IMG/VR virus record: IMGVR_UViG_3300027770_000032 | Reading direction: 5' to 3' (one strand) | Origin: a virus | Length of the DNA: 64,000 bases | Shown: one piece after another, positions 10,251 to 19,938 of the stretch | Position numbering within the stretch: position 1 is the first letter of the stretch | How the letters are laid out: each line of letters opens with the position of its first letter | The notes under the pieces: model-generated | Database searches by the model: none | The model's input: the letters and a program-made list of their open reading frames with translations, nothing else | Told to the model about the DNA's origin: nothing | Program-made: the position numbers and the translations under genes

Positions 10251-10849
10251 TCTCTATAAACAGGAAGTGGAAAACCATATTGTGCTACATTTCCTGGTGA
10301 AACATAATGTAAAAAGGCTTGTGTGATAGATTTTTGTTCTACCTTTGGTCGATAATGCCATCTTCCGTCAAATTCGGTTGTGCCATAAAACATAATAGCA
10401 TCTCCTTCTTCCATAAAGACTTCTACAGGATTTGATCCGTGTTCGTCATCACAGAAACATAAAGACGTTGGCTGATCGCCGTCTTTGTCAATTAGTATAG
10501 TAGCTGAGAATTCACAGACAGAACGATCTCGATGGATCTTGAGTTCAGAATCGGTATAATATTGCCTAAAAAATACATAAGAAGGAATCAATTCAGTATT
10601 AAAGATGTCTTGCACTTTATTCTTATATGCGAGCAGCATACTATCAGCAAAGATAGTAGGTTGATAGTGATCGACATTGCCAATGAGATAAGGATTTGCT
10701 TCTACAGTCTTAATATTCGAAGCCTGTGAAACATCCATAAAAGACTTACAAATCTGAATTACTTCTGCAGATAAAAAGTTCTTGATGAGAACATATCCAT
10801 GTTTTTTAAGATGTTTTCTAGCGTTTTTCATTATATGCCTTTCATCCAC
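10247..10849 (-). CDS. 2OG-Fe(II) oxygenase
   Basis: R.Y...L.IHRDRSVCEFS, GDA.MFYG, WHYR, QAFLHYV. Confidence 0.8.
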   Translation of the reverse strand: MDERHIMKNARKHLKKHGYVLIKNFLSAEVIQICKSFMDVSQASNIKTVEANPYLIGNVDHYQPTIFADSMLLAYKNKVQDIFNTELIPSYVFFRQYYTDSELKIHRDRSVCEFSATILIDKDGDQPTSLCFCDDEHGSNPVEVFMEEGDAIMFYGTTEFDGRWHYRPKVEQKSITQAFLHYVSPGNVAQYGFPLPVYRD

Positions 10850-11592
10850 TTTGTTCCATGCTTCGAGCTGTACTTTGTTTCAGGATCGTATGCTGCAAAA
10901 TCTTCGTAGCGAGGATCTCCTGGCTCAGCTCGCTTGCCGATGCTATACTCGCCGATATGATTGACGATGTTATTTCCTTCTTCGGTCTTGAGCTTACATG
11001 TTTGCATGCCAAGTTGTTGCAACGATTTCGCGACGACATACTCACTTAAGTTCTTCTCGCCTACTGATTCGGTATGAGGAAGATCTACTATGGCACGCGG
11101 AAAAACACTTGCCAAACTCCAAAAATATGCTTCAGAAAGTTCTCCTCGATATTTTCCGAGTGTAATGTCTGTTTCATAAGCCTGAGTTTCCTCTTCAAAA
11201 TCATACCATTTTTGTCTTGTCAAACATACTTGAGAAACGTTACGATAATCATGTAAGATCTGAGTCATGTCGAGCATTCGAATCGGACAGTTGAACGTCA
11301 CATCATCTTCTGATAGATACACGTAGTCATAATCTCGTTCTCTCAGCAGTTCGAAGGTTCGATTCCATACGTATGGCAAACCCATATTCTGTTGATGTAA
11401 GAAGATCTCGGTAAAACCAAAACTTTTGGCTAACTCGAACATCGTACCATCGTGGCGACCTTTTGGCATATCATCGATAAAGATGCCTTCGACTTCACAA
11501 CCTTCAAAGTCTAACATATCACGCTGAGATTTGAGTGTAGGAATTAAATACTCGAGTCGATTCGTCGACCATATTACTTTACAAACTTTCAT
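10831..11592 (-). CDS. Glycosyltransferase, GT-A (GT2-like)
   Basis: IFIDD, N.GL, YVYLSEDD, HIG motifs. Confidence 0.65.
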   Translation of the reverse strand: MKVCKVIWSTNRLEYLIPTLKSQRDMLDFEGCEVEGIFIDDMPKGRHDGTMFELAKSFGFTEIFLHQQNMGLPYVWNRTFELLRERDYDYVYLSEDDVTFNCPIRMLDMTQILHDYRNVSQVCLTRQKWYDFEEETQAYETDITLGKYRGELSEAYFWSLASVFPRAIVDLPHTESVGEKNLSEYVVAKSLQQLGMQTCKLKTEEGNNIVNHIGEYSIGKRAEPGDPRYEDFAAYDPETKYSSKHGTKWMKGI

Positions 11593-12140
11593 CTCACTTG
11601 CTCCGTGTCAAAAAAGAATGTCTGAAAAAGACGTCCATCATATAAATCTTTCCCAAAGTAATCTAAGCTAGCATGGAAAAGGTCACCGCTATAAAGAATC
11701 AATCGATTGTATTTGTTGCCTACAACATCGATTCGATCCCACTTGGTATAGTCATATGCTTCGTGCTCGTTTGTTGGAGCCCGATATTCGCCTGTTTCTT
11801 TGTGCCGATACATGGCAGTGCCAGCGGTATATGGAGCATCTGGTGACAAGTAGCATACACCAGCCCACATGCTTGTATGATCGCAATGAATCCACGTTCG
11901 ATCTAAAGCGGTAGCGTATTGAAAGGCACCAGTATAACCGGAATCTTCGTGCCAATTGGAAATCTTTCCGACTGGATTCATCCAATGCTGAATGCAATCT
12001 TTGACATCTTGTGTCAAGAATGAAGGTGTTCGTTTTCCTGGATAGTTACCTATGACGCCAAAGTCTTGAGTTAAAGCAAAGGCTCTGACCGCGTCTGGAT
12101 TGATATAGAAGTTATCAATAATCATCAAGTCTAAATTCAT
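11589..12140 (-). CDS. 2OG-Fe(II) oxygenase-like protein (DUF6445-like)
   Basis: IIDNFY.NPD.VR, YPGKR, WIHCD, YNRLILY...FH, RLFQTFF. Confidence 0.7.
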   Translation of the reverse strand: MNLDLMIIDNFYINPDAVRAFALTQDFGVIGNYPGKRTPSFLTQDVKDCIQHWMNPVGKISNWHEDSGYTGAFQYATALDRTWIHCDHTSMWAGVCYLSPDAPYTAGTAMYRHKETGEYRAPTNEHEAYDYTKWDRIDVVGNKYNRLILYSGDLFHASLDYFGKDLYDGRLFQTFFFDTEQVR

Positions 12141-12171
12141 AATATTTCAAGTCCTCATGCTATACTAGTTG

Positions 12172-12179
12172 TATTTATA
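12172..12179 (-). promoter_or_regulatory. T4-type late promoter TATAAATA driving the minus-strand modification operon
   Basis: TATTTATA on the + strand, ~30 nt upstream of the 12140 start. Confidence 0.7.
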
Positions 12180-12184
12180 CGTCT

Positions 12185-12192
12185 TATAAATA
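12185..12192 (+). promoter_or_regulatory. T4-type late promoter TATAAATA for gp13
   Basis: Exact consensus upstream of the neck gene. Confidence 0.8.
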
Positions 12193-12225
12193 GCTAGACA
12201 CATAAATATAATAAAGAGGTATTCG

Positions 12226-12969
12226 ATGGCAACTCCTACTACAAAAGCGACATTTAAAGAGTATTGCCTTCGGAAGCTCGGCAAACCAGTCATTGAGATT
12301 AACGTCGACGATGATCAGGTAGATGATCGCATCGATGAAGCAATTCGTTACTGGTATGACTATCACTTCGATGGTTCAGAGAGAATATACTATAAGCATG
12401 CTATCACGTCAACTGACGTAACAAACAAGTATATCACTCTTCCAGAGAATATCATTGGTGCTGTCAGCATCTTCTCGATGGGTGATCCTTCGATTCGCTC
12501 TGACGACCTCTTTAATATTCGCTATCAGATCGCACTGAATGATATTTATACTTTGACAAACGTATCTCTTGTTCCATACTACATGGTCATGGAACATCTT
12601 GCACTCATGACTGAGCTTCTTGTTGGTAAACAACCTATTCGTTATTCTCGTCACAAAGATCGTCTTTATGTTGATATGGATTGGAATACAGTTGCTGTCG
12701 GTGAATTCTTACTCGTCGAAGCTTACGAAGTTGTAGATCCAGAAACATGGACAGATGCTTATAACGATCGTTGGCTTCAAAACTATGCTACGACTTTGAT
12801 TAAAGAACAATGGGGTTCGAATCTTACAAAGTTTACTGGAATGTCCTTACCGGGTGGAGTACAGTTTAACGGAGAGAAAATCTACAATGACGCGGTCGAC
12901 GCAAGAACTAAGATGGAACAAGAAATGATTTCATCTTATTCCCTTCCGGTTCTCGATATGATAGGTTAA
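12226..12969 (+). CDS. gp13: Neck protein
   Basis: YCLRKLG.PVIEINV.DDQ..DRIDEA...YHFDG; QWG.NL.KF.G..LPGGV. Confidence 0.95.
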   Translation: MATPTTKATFKEYCLRKLGKPVIEINVDDDQVDDRIDEAIRYWYDYHFDGSERIYYKHAITSTDVTNKYITLPENIIGAVSIFSMGDPSIRSDDLFNIRYQIALNDIYTLTNVSLVPYYMVMEHLALMTELLVGKQPIRYSRHKDRLYVDMDWNTVAVGEFLLVEAYEVVDPETWTDAYNDRWLQNYATTLIKEQWGSNLTKFTGMSLPGGVQFNGEKIYNDAVDARTKMEQEMISSYSLPVLDMIG

Positions 12970-12973
12970 CCCT

Positions 12974-13702
12974 ATGACAACCAATTTCTATTTTAACAAC
13001 TTTACAAATAGTCAAGAGCAGATCTTAATCGAGGATCTGGTTCTTGAGTCTATTCAAATATATGGTCATGATGTATTCTATTGTCCTCGTACACTCGTAG
13101 CCAAAGATGAAATCTACGAAGAAGATGCAGTATCAGAATACAACAGTAATTACTTAATTGACATGTATATTCGTAGCTATGAAAGTTACGAAGGCGACGG
13201 GCAATTCTTGTCGAAGTTTGGTCTTGAAATCAGAGATCAAGTCACATTTACTGTCTCTGTTCGTAACTTTATGAATGAGATCGGAAACGTTGAGATGATC
13301 GATCGTCCTCAAGAAGGCGATCTGATTTATCTTGCAATGGCAGATCGTTTAATGTATGTGAAGTATGTGAACAAAACTCCTGTCTTTTATCAGATGGGCG
13401 CTATCCAGATGTATGATCTTGTTTGTGAGATGTTCGAGTATGGTAGCGAGAAGTTGAATACAGGTATTACAGCTATCGATAGCATTGAGAAAAACTCCAG
13501 TCTAAGTCTCGATGCCTTTGGAATCTTGACGAATGACAATTTACTTCTGATTACTCAAGAAGGAAATCCAATCATACAAGGTAGCTATGATTTTGGCACA
13601 CAAGCCGGAGATGCATTCGAAGATAATATCGAGTTTGAAACAGACGGGGACACTATCCTTGACTGGACGCAGATAGATCCGTTTAGTGAAGGACAAGTAT
13701 AA
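12974..13702 (+). CDS. gp14: Neck protein / head closure
   Basis: EQ.LIEDLV.ESI.IYG, SKFGLEIRD, RP.EGDLIY, FYQ.G. Confidence 0.92.
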   Translation: MTTNFYFNNFTNSQEQILIEDLVLESIQIYGHDVFYCPRTLVAKDEIYEEDAVSEYNSNYLIDMYIRSYESYEGDGQFLSKFGLEIRDQVTFTVSVRNFMNEIGNVEMIDRPQEGDLIYLAMADRLMYVKYVNKTPVFYQMGAIQMYDLVCEMFEYGSEKLNTGITAIDSIEKNSSLSLDAFGILTNDNLLLITQEGNPIIQGSYDFGTQAGDAFEDNIEFETDGDTILDWTQIDPFSEGQV

Positions 13703-14532
13703 TGTTTGGAAGAACATGGAATCATGACAGTTTAAGAAAATACATCATTGTATTTGGTACTGTCTTCAACGATATCTATATCAATCGACTTAGCTCGACT
13801 GGAGAAGTACTTCAGACTCTGAAAGTCCCTTTAACGTACGGTCCAAAAGACAAAATACTTTCGAGACTCGAACAAAGCCCGAGACTCGATAATCAAGTTG
13901 GTATTATTCTTCCTCGTATTTCTTTTGAAATGACGACTTTAGAATATGATCCTACTCGTAAGTTAAACACTCTGAATAAGCTGACGAAGCAATCTGCAAC
14001 CGCGGGCACCGATGACGAAGTCAAGTATCAATATCAACCTGTTCCATATGATATGCAGTTCGAAATGAACATCTTAGTGAAGAATGCCGAAGATGGCACG
14101 CGTATCGTAGAGCAGATCGTACCTTACTTTACACCAGCTTTTACCGTAAGCGTGAATGTTGTACCAGAAGTCGATAGCGCGCGAGATATTCCTATTGTTC
14201 TAAATAGTATCTCTTCTCAAGATCAATATGAAGGCAACTTCGAACAAAGAAGAGCTTTAATATGGACACTTAGCTTTACATTGAAAGGTTGGTTGTACGG
14301 ACCATCGAAGAAATCAAAACTAATTAAACACGCTGAAACTGTATTTAGATTTCCAGAAGATGTCGCGACCGGAAATACTAATAGCACAGCGAATACGATA
14401 GTAGTGACTTCACGTCCTGGACTCACCGCGAACGGAGAACCTACTACCAACACTGCTTTAAGTATTTCGTATGAAGATATTATAAGTACAGATGACTATG
14501 CCATTATTAATACAATTACTGAGAATATCTAA
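13702..14532 (+). CDS. gp15: Tail sheath stabiliser / tail terminator
   Basis: FG..FNDI.I, VPL.YGPK.K, LPR.SFE, EQI.PYF.P. Confidence 0.92.
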   Translation: MFGRTWNHDSLRKYIIVFGTVFNDIYINRLSSTGEVLQTLKVPLTYGPKDKILSRLEQSPRLDNQVGIILPRISFEMTTLEYDPTRKLNTLNKLTKQSATAGTDDEVKYQYQPVPYDMQFEMNILVKNAEDGTRIVEQIVPYFTPAFTVSVNVVPEVDSARDIPIVLNSISSQDQYEGNFEQRRALIWTLSFTLKGWLYGPSKKSKLIKHAETVFRFPEDVATGNTNSTANTIVVTSRPGLTANGEPTTNTALSISYEDIISTDDYAIINTITENI

Positions 14533-14921
14533 TGAGCAATGAACTTGATAAATTTTTAAACATCGCCGCCGGCGATAACTTACCAGCTGTGATCGAAAAA
14601 AAGATGAGTACTCAAGTCTCGGCTGACTTTGAATTTGCTCGCGAGAATATGATGGAAGTCATTAATAAAGGGCAAGAAGCTCTCTTCGATCTAATGGATG
14701 TGGCAAAACAAAGTCAACATCCAAGAGCATATGAAGTACTTGCTGGAATGATGAACACTATGGTCGGAGCGAGTAAAGATCTTTTGGATTTACAAGTCAA
14801 AAAGAAAAAATTGATGGAAGATGATCCTTCTGCTTCTCCACAACAAGTCACAAACAATCTTTTTGTTGGTTCGACTGCAGAGTTACAAAAATATCTAAAG
14901 CAGCATAAAGATGGCGAGTGA
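14532..14921 (+). CDS. gp16: Terminase small subunit
   Basis: DFEFAR.N, HPRAYEV, NNLFVGSTAELQ. Confidence 0.9.
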   Translation: MSNELDKFLNIAAGDNLPAVIEKKMSTQVSADFEFARENMMEVINKGQEALFDLMDVAKQSQHPRAYEVLAGMMNTMVGASKDLLDLQVKKKKLMEDDPSASPQQVTNNLFVGSTAELQKYLKQHKDGE

Positions 14922-16584
14922 AAATTACTTAGGTAATCCTCGATTAAAAAGAGCTGACACAAAGGTCGAGTATACTCCAGAGCAAGTTGCCGAGTATATT
15001 AAGTGCTCTGAGGATCCGATCTACTTCATCTTAACTTACTGTAAGATTGTCAATATTGACAAGGGTTTGATCATGTTCCCGCTCTGGGAATTCCAGAAGG
15101 AAATGATCCTTGCATTCGAAGAGAATCGATTTGTCATCTGTAAGATGCCTCGTCAGGTTGGTAAGACGACGACTGTTGCCGCTTATTTGCTTTGGAAGAT
15201 CGTATTTAACGAAGAATACTCGATCGCTATTCTGGCTAACAAAGATAGACAGGCAAGAGAAATCCTTGGTCGTATTCAGTTGATGTTCGAGCATCTTCCG
15301 AAGTGGCTTCAGATGGGTGTGACTGAGTGGAATAAGGGTAACATTAAGCTCGAGAACGGATCTGAAATCCTTGCCTCAGCTACTTCGTCTTCTGCGATTC
15401 GTGGTACTTCACAGAACATGGTTTACCTCGACGAGTTTGCCTTCGTTCCGACCAATATTCAAGACGAATTCTTTGCTTCGGTCTATCCTACCATTTCATC
15501 TGGTCAAAGTTCGAAGGTTCTGATTACTTCGACACCGAACGGCATGAACATGTTCTATCGTATCTGGACCGAGTCAGAAGAAGGCCGTAATGCTTATGCT
15601 CGTGTCGATGTTCACTGGTCACAGATTCCAGGCCGTGACGAAGCATGGAGAGAACAGACGATCAGCAATACGTCTGAAGATCAGTTCAGACAAGAATACG
15701 AGTGCGAGTTCCTTGGTTCTTCGAATACTTTGATTCATCCTACCAAGCTTCGTAATATGGTCTATAAACAACCGATTGCTCAGGCAGACGGTGGACTCAA
15801 GATCTATGAAGAGCCAGAACCAGATACCATTTATGCTATCGTGGTTGATACTGCTCGAGGAGCCGGAGCAGATTATTCTGCTTTTATTGTCGTCAACGTA
15901 TCGACGATGCCATATCGTCAAGTCGCAGCATTTCGAAACAATCTAATATCTCCATTAATATATCCAAATATTATCTACGGTGCCGCAGTCAAATATAATG
16001 ATGCTCTCGTTCTCGTCGAAACAAATGATATTGGTCAGCAAGTCGCGGACATCTTACACTATGATCTTGAATATGATGGAGTTCTGGTGACTGCGAATAA
16101 TGGTAGAACAGGACAAAGTTTATCAGGTGGTTTTGCTACCACTACACACTATGGAGTCAAAACATCAAAGCAAGTCAAGAGAATTGGTTGTGCCACATTG
16201 AAAACTCTTGTTGAGGGTGACAAGTTTTTAATTTATGATTATGATACTATCTATGAGTTGAGTCGTTTTTCACTCAAGAACACTCTGAAAGGAAATCAGT
16301 CTTACGAAGCAGAAGACGGCAATGATGACATGGCCATGTGTTGTGTTCTCTTTGCCTGGTTGACTACACAACCGTATCTGAAAGAGATTACAAATATCGA
16401 TATTCGTATGCAAATTTACGAGCAGAACGAAAAGATGCTTGAGCAACAGATGCTACCATTCGGTCTCATGAGTACAGGTGATGATGCTCATGACGAAGAA
16501 GTCAATGAGTCGTTATTTGACGGCGGACCAAGAGATGATTTTTGGGTAGCGCAAAAGCGTGGTTTTTTCGAAGGAAACTTTTAG
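14911..16584 (+). CDS. gp17: Terminase large subunit
   Basis: YLGNP, RQVGKTT Walker A, LDEFAF Walker B, STPNG, nuclease DTARG...DYS and DD. Confidence 0.97.
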   Translation: MASENYLGNPRLKRADTKVEYTPEQVAEYIKCSEDPIYFILTYCKIVNIDKGLIMFPLWEFQKEMILAFEENRFVICKMPRQVGKTTTVAAYLLWKIVFNEEYSIAILANKDRQAREILGRIQLMFEHLPKWLQMGVTEWNKGNIKLENGSEILASATSSSAIRGTSQNMVYLDEFAFVPTNIQDEFFASVYPTISSGQSSKVLITSTPNGMNMFYRIWTESEEGRNAYARVDVHWSQIPGRDEAWREQTISNTSEDQFRQEYECEFLGSSNTLIHPTKLRNMVYKQPIAQADGGLKIYEEPEPDTIYAIVVDTARGAGADYSAFIVVNVSTMPYRQVAAFRNNLISPLIYPNIIYGAAVKYNDALVLVETNDIGQQVADILHYDLEYDGVLVTANNGRTGQSLSGGFATTTHYGVKTSKQVKRIGCATLKTLVEGDKFLIYDYDTIYELSRFSLKNTLKGNQSYEAEDGNDDMAMCCVLFAWLTTQPYLKEITNIDIRMQIYEQNEKMLEQQMLPFGLMSTGDDAHDEEVNESLFDGGPRDDFWVAQKRGFFEGNF

Positions 16585-16645
16585 TATCAAATTAAATATA
16601 CGATTAATTTGGGTTTTATGAACAAATACCCTAATTTTTTGAAGT

Positions 16646-16653
16646 TATAAATA
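16646..16653 (+). promoter_or_regulatory. Late promoter TATAAATA for gp18
   Basis: Exact consensus 45 nt upstream of the ATG. Confidence 0.8.
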
Positions 16654-16697
16654 AAGTAAATGCAACTTACATGACTAACCTTTAAAGGGAGATAACA

Positions 16698-19310
16698 ATG
16701 GCGTTTCAAGTCAGCCCAGGAATCAATGTTTCCGAAATTGATCTTACAACTACTGTTCCAGCACTTGCGACTACGGTCGGCGGTTTTGGCGGAGTATTTC
16801 GTTGGGGACCAGTCGGAAAGTTCGTTCTTGTAGATTCAGAAAATACACTCGCAAATCGCTTCGGTAAACCGACCTCGGACAACTACGAAACGTTTTATAC
16901 AGCCGCAAATTTCCTTTCTTATGGAAATGCTTTGTATGTTTCGCGGGCCGCCAATACAACAGGTTTTTCTAATACAGCGACTGTTACGCTTAGTAGTAAT
17001 ACTACGCTTGCCACGGCGAACGGCGCGGCTCTTGGCCTTACAGTTGGTAATCGCGTGCAAGGCGATGGCATTCCCGATGATACCTTCGTTACAGCGGTTT
17101 CCAATACCACTACTACTATTTCGAGAGCCGCGACAGCAAATGCTTCAGCTCTAATTTCATTCTTTGCGAATGCTACTACTCTCTCTGCTTATGCTGGTGA
17201 TACAGCTGCAGTCGTTGCATCAAACGTAGTTGTTAGAAACTCAGAAGAATTTGAAAACAAAGGCGCAGCGAATACAACTTTCGCTGGAACAGAGTTTGTA
17301 GCTCGTTATCCGGGTGCACTCGGTAACTCTCTCAAAGTTTCAATGTGCGACAGTGATAGACAATACGCTGAAACCATCACGTTTGAAACTAATACTTCAT
17401 GGGGTTCAACCACTGCAAATGCATATGCTCTTGCTGATCTTACATCGGCAACAATAGCTATCGATGTTGGTAGCAATACTGCTAACGTAGTATTCGTATG
17501 GTCTAACGACGATTTCGCAGATCGTGTAGCCGCTTCTGCAACAGCACGCGCAGTTGGATCGAACGGTGTATCAGCTAACTTTATCTCTCTTGCTACCGCA
17601 AATACACTCTTTACGAACGGTGACGCAGTATGGTATGCAAAGGGAGCTTCTTCGACTGCGAATAGCATTCAAGGTTTATCAGAAGGTACATCGTACTACA
17701 TTACTGGAGCGAATACAAGTGGCTTTACTCTCTCGCTAACATCTGGCGGAGCAAACGTTGCCATCTCGAATGGCGCAGCCAACTCGGTTGTTTATTTTAC
17801 AAAACAAACAGCGACTGGTCTCGGTCTTACTCTTGCACAAGCACGTCTGGCTGTCACAGCGCTTAAAGATAAGATCACTGTCGGCGATTATATCGAAGTT
17901 GGTAATACTTCTATCGGTAAGCAGAACATGAAGGTTGTCTCAGAGGGCGCGCAAGCCGATGACGGTACAAACATTTACTTCAACATCGTTTTCGATTCAA
18001 CTTGGAACAAGTCGACTAACTTTAGTGCTACTTCACTGAAGCGTCAATGGGAATACTTCAACACTGTAGATTCTGCTCCAGGCGTATCTCAAGCGATGAC
18101 AAACGCCGGACTTTCTACGAAAGACGAAGTTTCAGTTGTTGTGGTTGACGAAGATGGTCTAATCAGCGGAACACCTGGTCAAGTGCTTGAAATCTACCAA
18201 AACCTTTCGCGTGCAACAGATGCTAAGAAAGAAGATGGTACAACTAACTACTACAAGACGGCGATCAACGACTTCTCACGTTGGATTTGGGCTACAAACG
18301 ATCGCTCTGGCGCTGCTTCGAATACTCTCTCAACCGTTGCTAACTCGACCAATACGACGACTTATACAAAGTCATTCGTTCGCGGAACAGACGGTGCGAC
18401 AGAAAGTACAGTATCAATGGCAGCCGTTGGTGCTGCATACGATCTCTTCGCAGATGCAAGTACAGTCGATGTTTCTTTGATTCTTCAAGGGAAAGCAATC
18501 GGAACGAACGACGTTCAGTTAGCTAACTATCTGATCGACAACATTGCAGAAGTTCGTAAGGATTGCGTAGTATTCGTTTCGCCAGCCTACTCTGATGTTG
18601 TAGGTATCACTACAGAAAATGCACAAGCGCAGAACATCGTAGATTTCAGAAATCTTCTGCGTAATACCTCATATGCATTCCTCGATTCTGGTTACAAATA
18701 TCAGTACGACAAGTATGCAGATATCTATCGCTACATTCCATTGAACGGCGATATTGCTGGTATTACTGCTCGCAGCGATAGCCTAAAAGATCCTTGGTTC
18801 TCTCCTGCTGGATTTACTCGCGGTCAAATTAAAAACCTCGTCAAGCTGGCGTTTAGCCCTGGAAAAACTGAAAGAGATCTTCTGTATAAGAATGATGTCA
18901 ATCCAATCGTGACATTCCCGGGTCAAGGCACAGTACTCTACGGAGATAAGACTCTCCTCGGTCGTGCAAGTGCATTCGATCGTATTAACGTACGTCGCTT
19001 GTTTATTGTTCTTGAAAAGGCGATTGCAACAGCTTCAAACTCTACGCTGTTTGAATTCAACGACGATTTCACAAGATCACAGTTTGTGAATCTGGTTGAG
19101 CCATATCTTCGCGACGTTCAAGGTCGTCGTGGAATCTTTGACTTCCGCGTGGTTTGTGACGAGACGAATAACACTGCTGAAGTAATTGACAGCAATCGCT
19201 TTGTTGGAGACATCTACATTAAGCCTGCTAAGTCGATCAACTTCATTCAGCTAAACTTCGTCGCCGTCAGATCTGGTGTCGAGTTCAACGAAATCGCTGG
19301 CCAGTTCTAA
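16698..19310 (+). CDS. gp18: Tail sheath protein with inserted domains (870 aa)
   Basis: SPG.NVSEIDLT, FRWGP, PWFSPAG..RG, FDRINVRRLF, FEFND. Confidence 0.97.
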   Translation: MAFQVSPGINVSEIDLTTTVPALATTVGGFGGVFRWGPVGKFVLVDSENTLANRFGKPTSDNYETFYTAANFLSYGNALYVSRAANTTGFSNTATVTLSSNTTLATANGAALGLTVGNRVQGDGIPDDTFVTAVSNTTTTISRAATANASALISFFANATTLSAYAGDTAAVVASNVVVRNSEEFENKGAANTTFAGTEFVARYPGALGNSLKVSMCDSDRQYAETITFETNTSWGSTTANAYALADLTSATIAIDVGSNTANVVFVWSNDDFADRVAASATARAVGSNGVSANFISLATANTLFTNGDAVWYAKGASSTANSIQGLSEGTSYYITGANTSGFTLSLTSGGANVAISNGAANSVVYFTKQTATGLGLTLAQARLAVTALKDKITVGDYIEVGNTSIGKQNMKVVSEGAQADDGTNIYFNIVFDSTWNKSTNFSATSLKRQWEYFNTVDSAPGVSQAMTNAGLSTKDEVSVVVVDEDGLISGTPGQVLEIYQNLSRATDAKKEDGTTNYYKTAINDFSRWIWATNDRSGAASNTLSTVANSTNTTTYTKSFVRGTDGATESTVSMAAVGAAYDLFADASTVDVSLILQGKAIGTNDVQLANYLIDNIAEVRKDCVVFVSPAYSDVVGITTENAQAQNIVDFRNLLRNTSYAFLDSGYKYQYDKYADIYRYIPLNGDIAGITARSDSLKDPWFSPAGFTRGQIKNLVKLAFSPGKTERDLLYKNDVNPIVTFPGQGTVLYGDKTLLGRASAFDRINVRRLFIVLEKAIATASNSTLFEFNDDFTRSQFVNLVEPYLRDVQGRRGIFDFRVVCDETNNTAEVIDSNRFVGDIYIKPAKSINFIQLNFVAVRSGVEFNEIAGQF

Positions 19311-19340
19311 TAAATAAAAATAAACGTAGGAGGAAAGTAA

Positions 19341-19883
19341 ATGGCTTTTAATATCAATGAAATGAGAAGCCAGCTACAATTTGGCGGTGCAAGACAAAAT
19401 CTGTTCCAAGTGGATATTTCAAATCCCGCGAACAGTGATGGAGATCGAAAAACAAGATTCATGTGTCAGGCAGCTCAGCTGCCTGGCTCTGATCTTGGAG
19501 TCATTCCAGTGTTTTACTTTGGTCGTCAAATGAAGTTAGCTGGTGATAGAACATTCGCCGAATGGACAGTCACAATCATGAACGATGAAGACTTCTTGAT
19601 TCGGAATGCCATGGAAGAATGGTCGAATCAGATCAATCGTCTACAGCGCAACGTCAGAGAAATTGGCCCTGGATATAAGTCTCAGGCCACAGTCACTCAG
19701 TTTGGTAAAGATGGTACGAAGATCCGTACTTATGATTTTAACGGAATCTTCCCAAGTAATATCAGCCCTATCGAGCTCGATTGGTCGACGACTGATCAGA
19801 TCGAACTGTTCCAGGTGACATTCCAATATGACTACTGGTCAGTTGGTAAGGTCGGACAGACAGGCGATGCCGGCGGTGATTAA
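19341..19883 (+). CDS. gp19: Tail tube protein
   Basis: GGAR.NLF, AGDRTF.EWTVT..NDEDF.IR, F.YDYW. Confidence 0.95.
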   Translation: MAFNINEMRSQLQFGGARQNLFQVDISNPANSDGDRKTRFMCQAAQLPGSDLGVIPVFYFGRQMKLAGDRTFAEWTVTIMNDEDFLIRNAMEEWSNQINRLQRNVREIGPGYKSQATVTQFGKDGTKIRTYDFNGIFPSNISPIELDWSTTDQIELFQVTFQYDYWSVGKVGQTGDAGGD

Positions 19884-19884
19884 T

Positions 19885-19917
19885 AAGTAAAGGGTAGTTA
19901 TTACCCTTACTTTTTTT
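19885..19917 (+). terminator. Rho-independent terminator after gp19
   Basis: AAGGGTA-loop-TACCCTT hairpin followed by a T tract. Confidence 0.7.
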
Positions 19918-19938
19918 GTTATTTAAATTGGAGAATCC

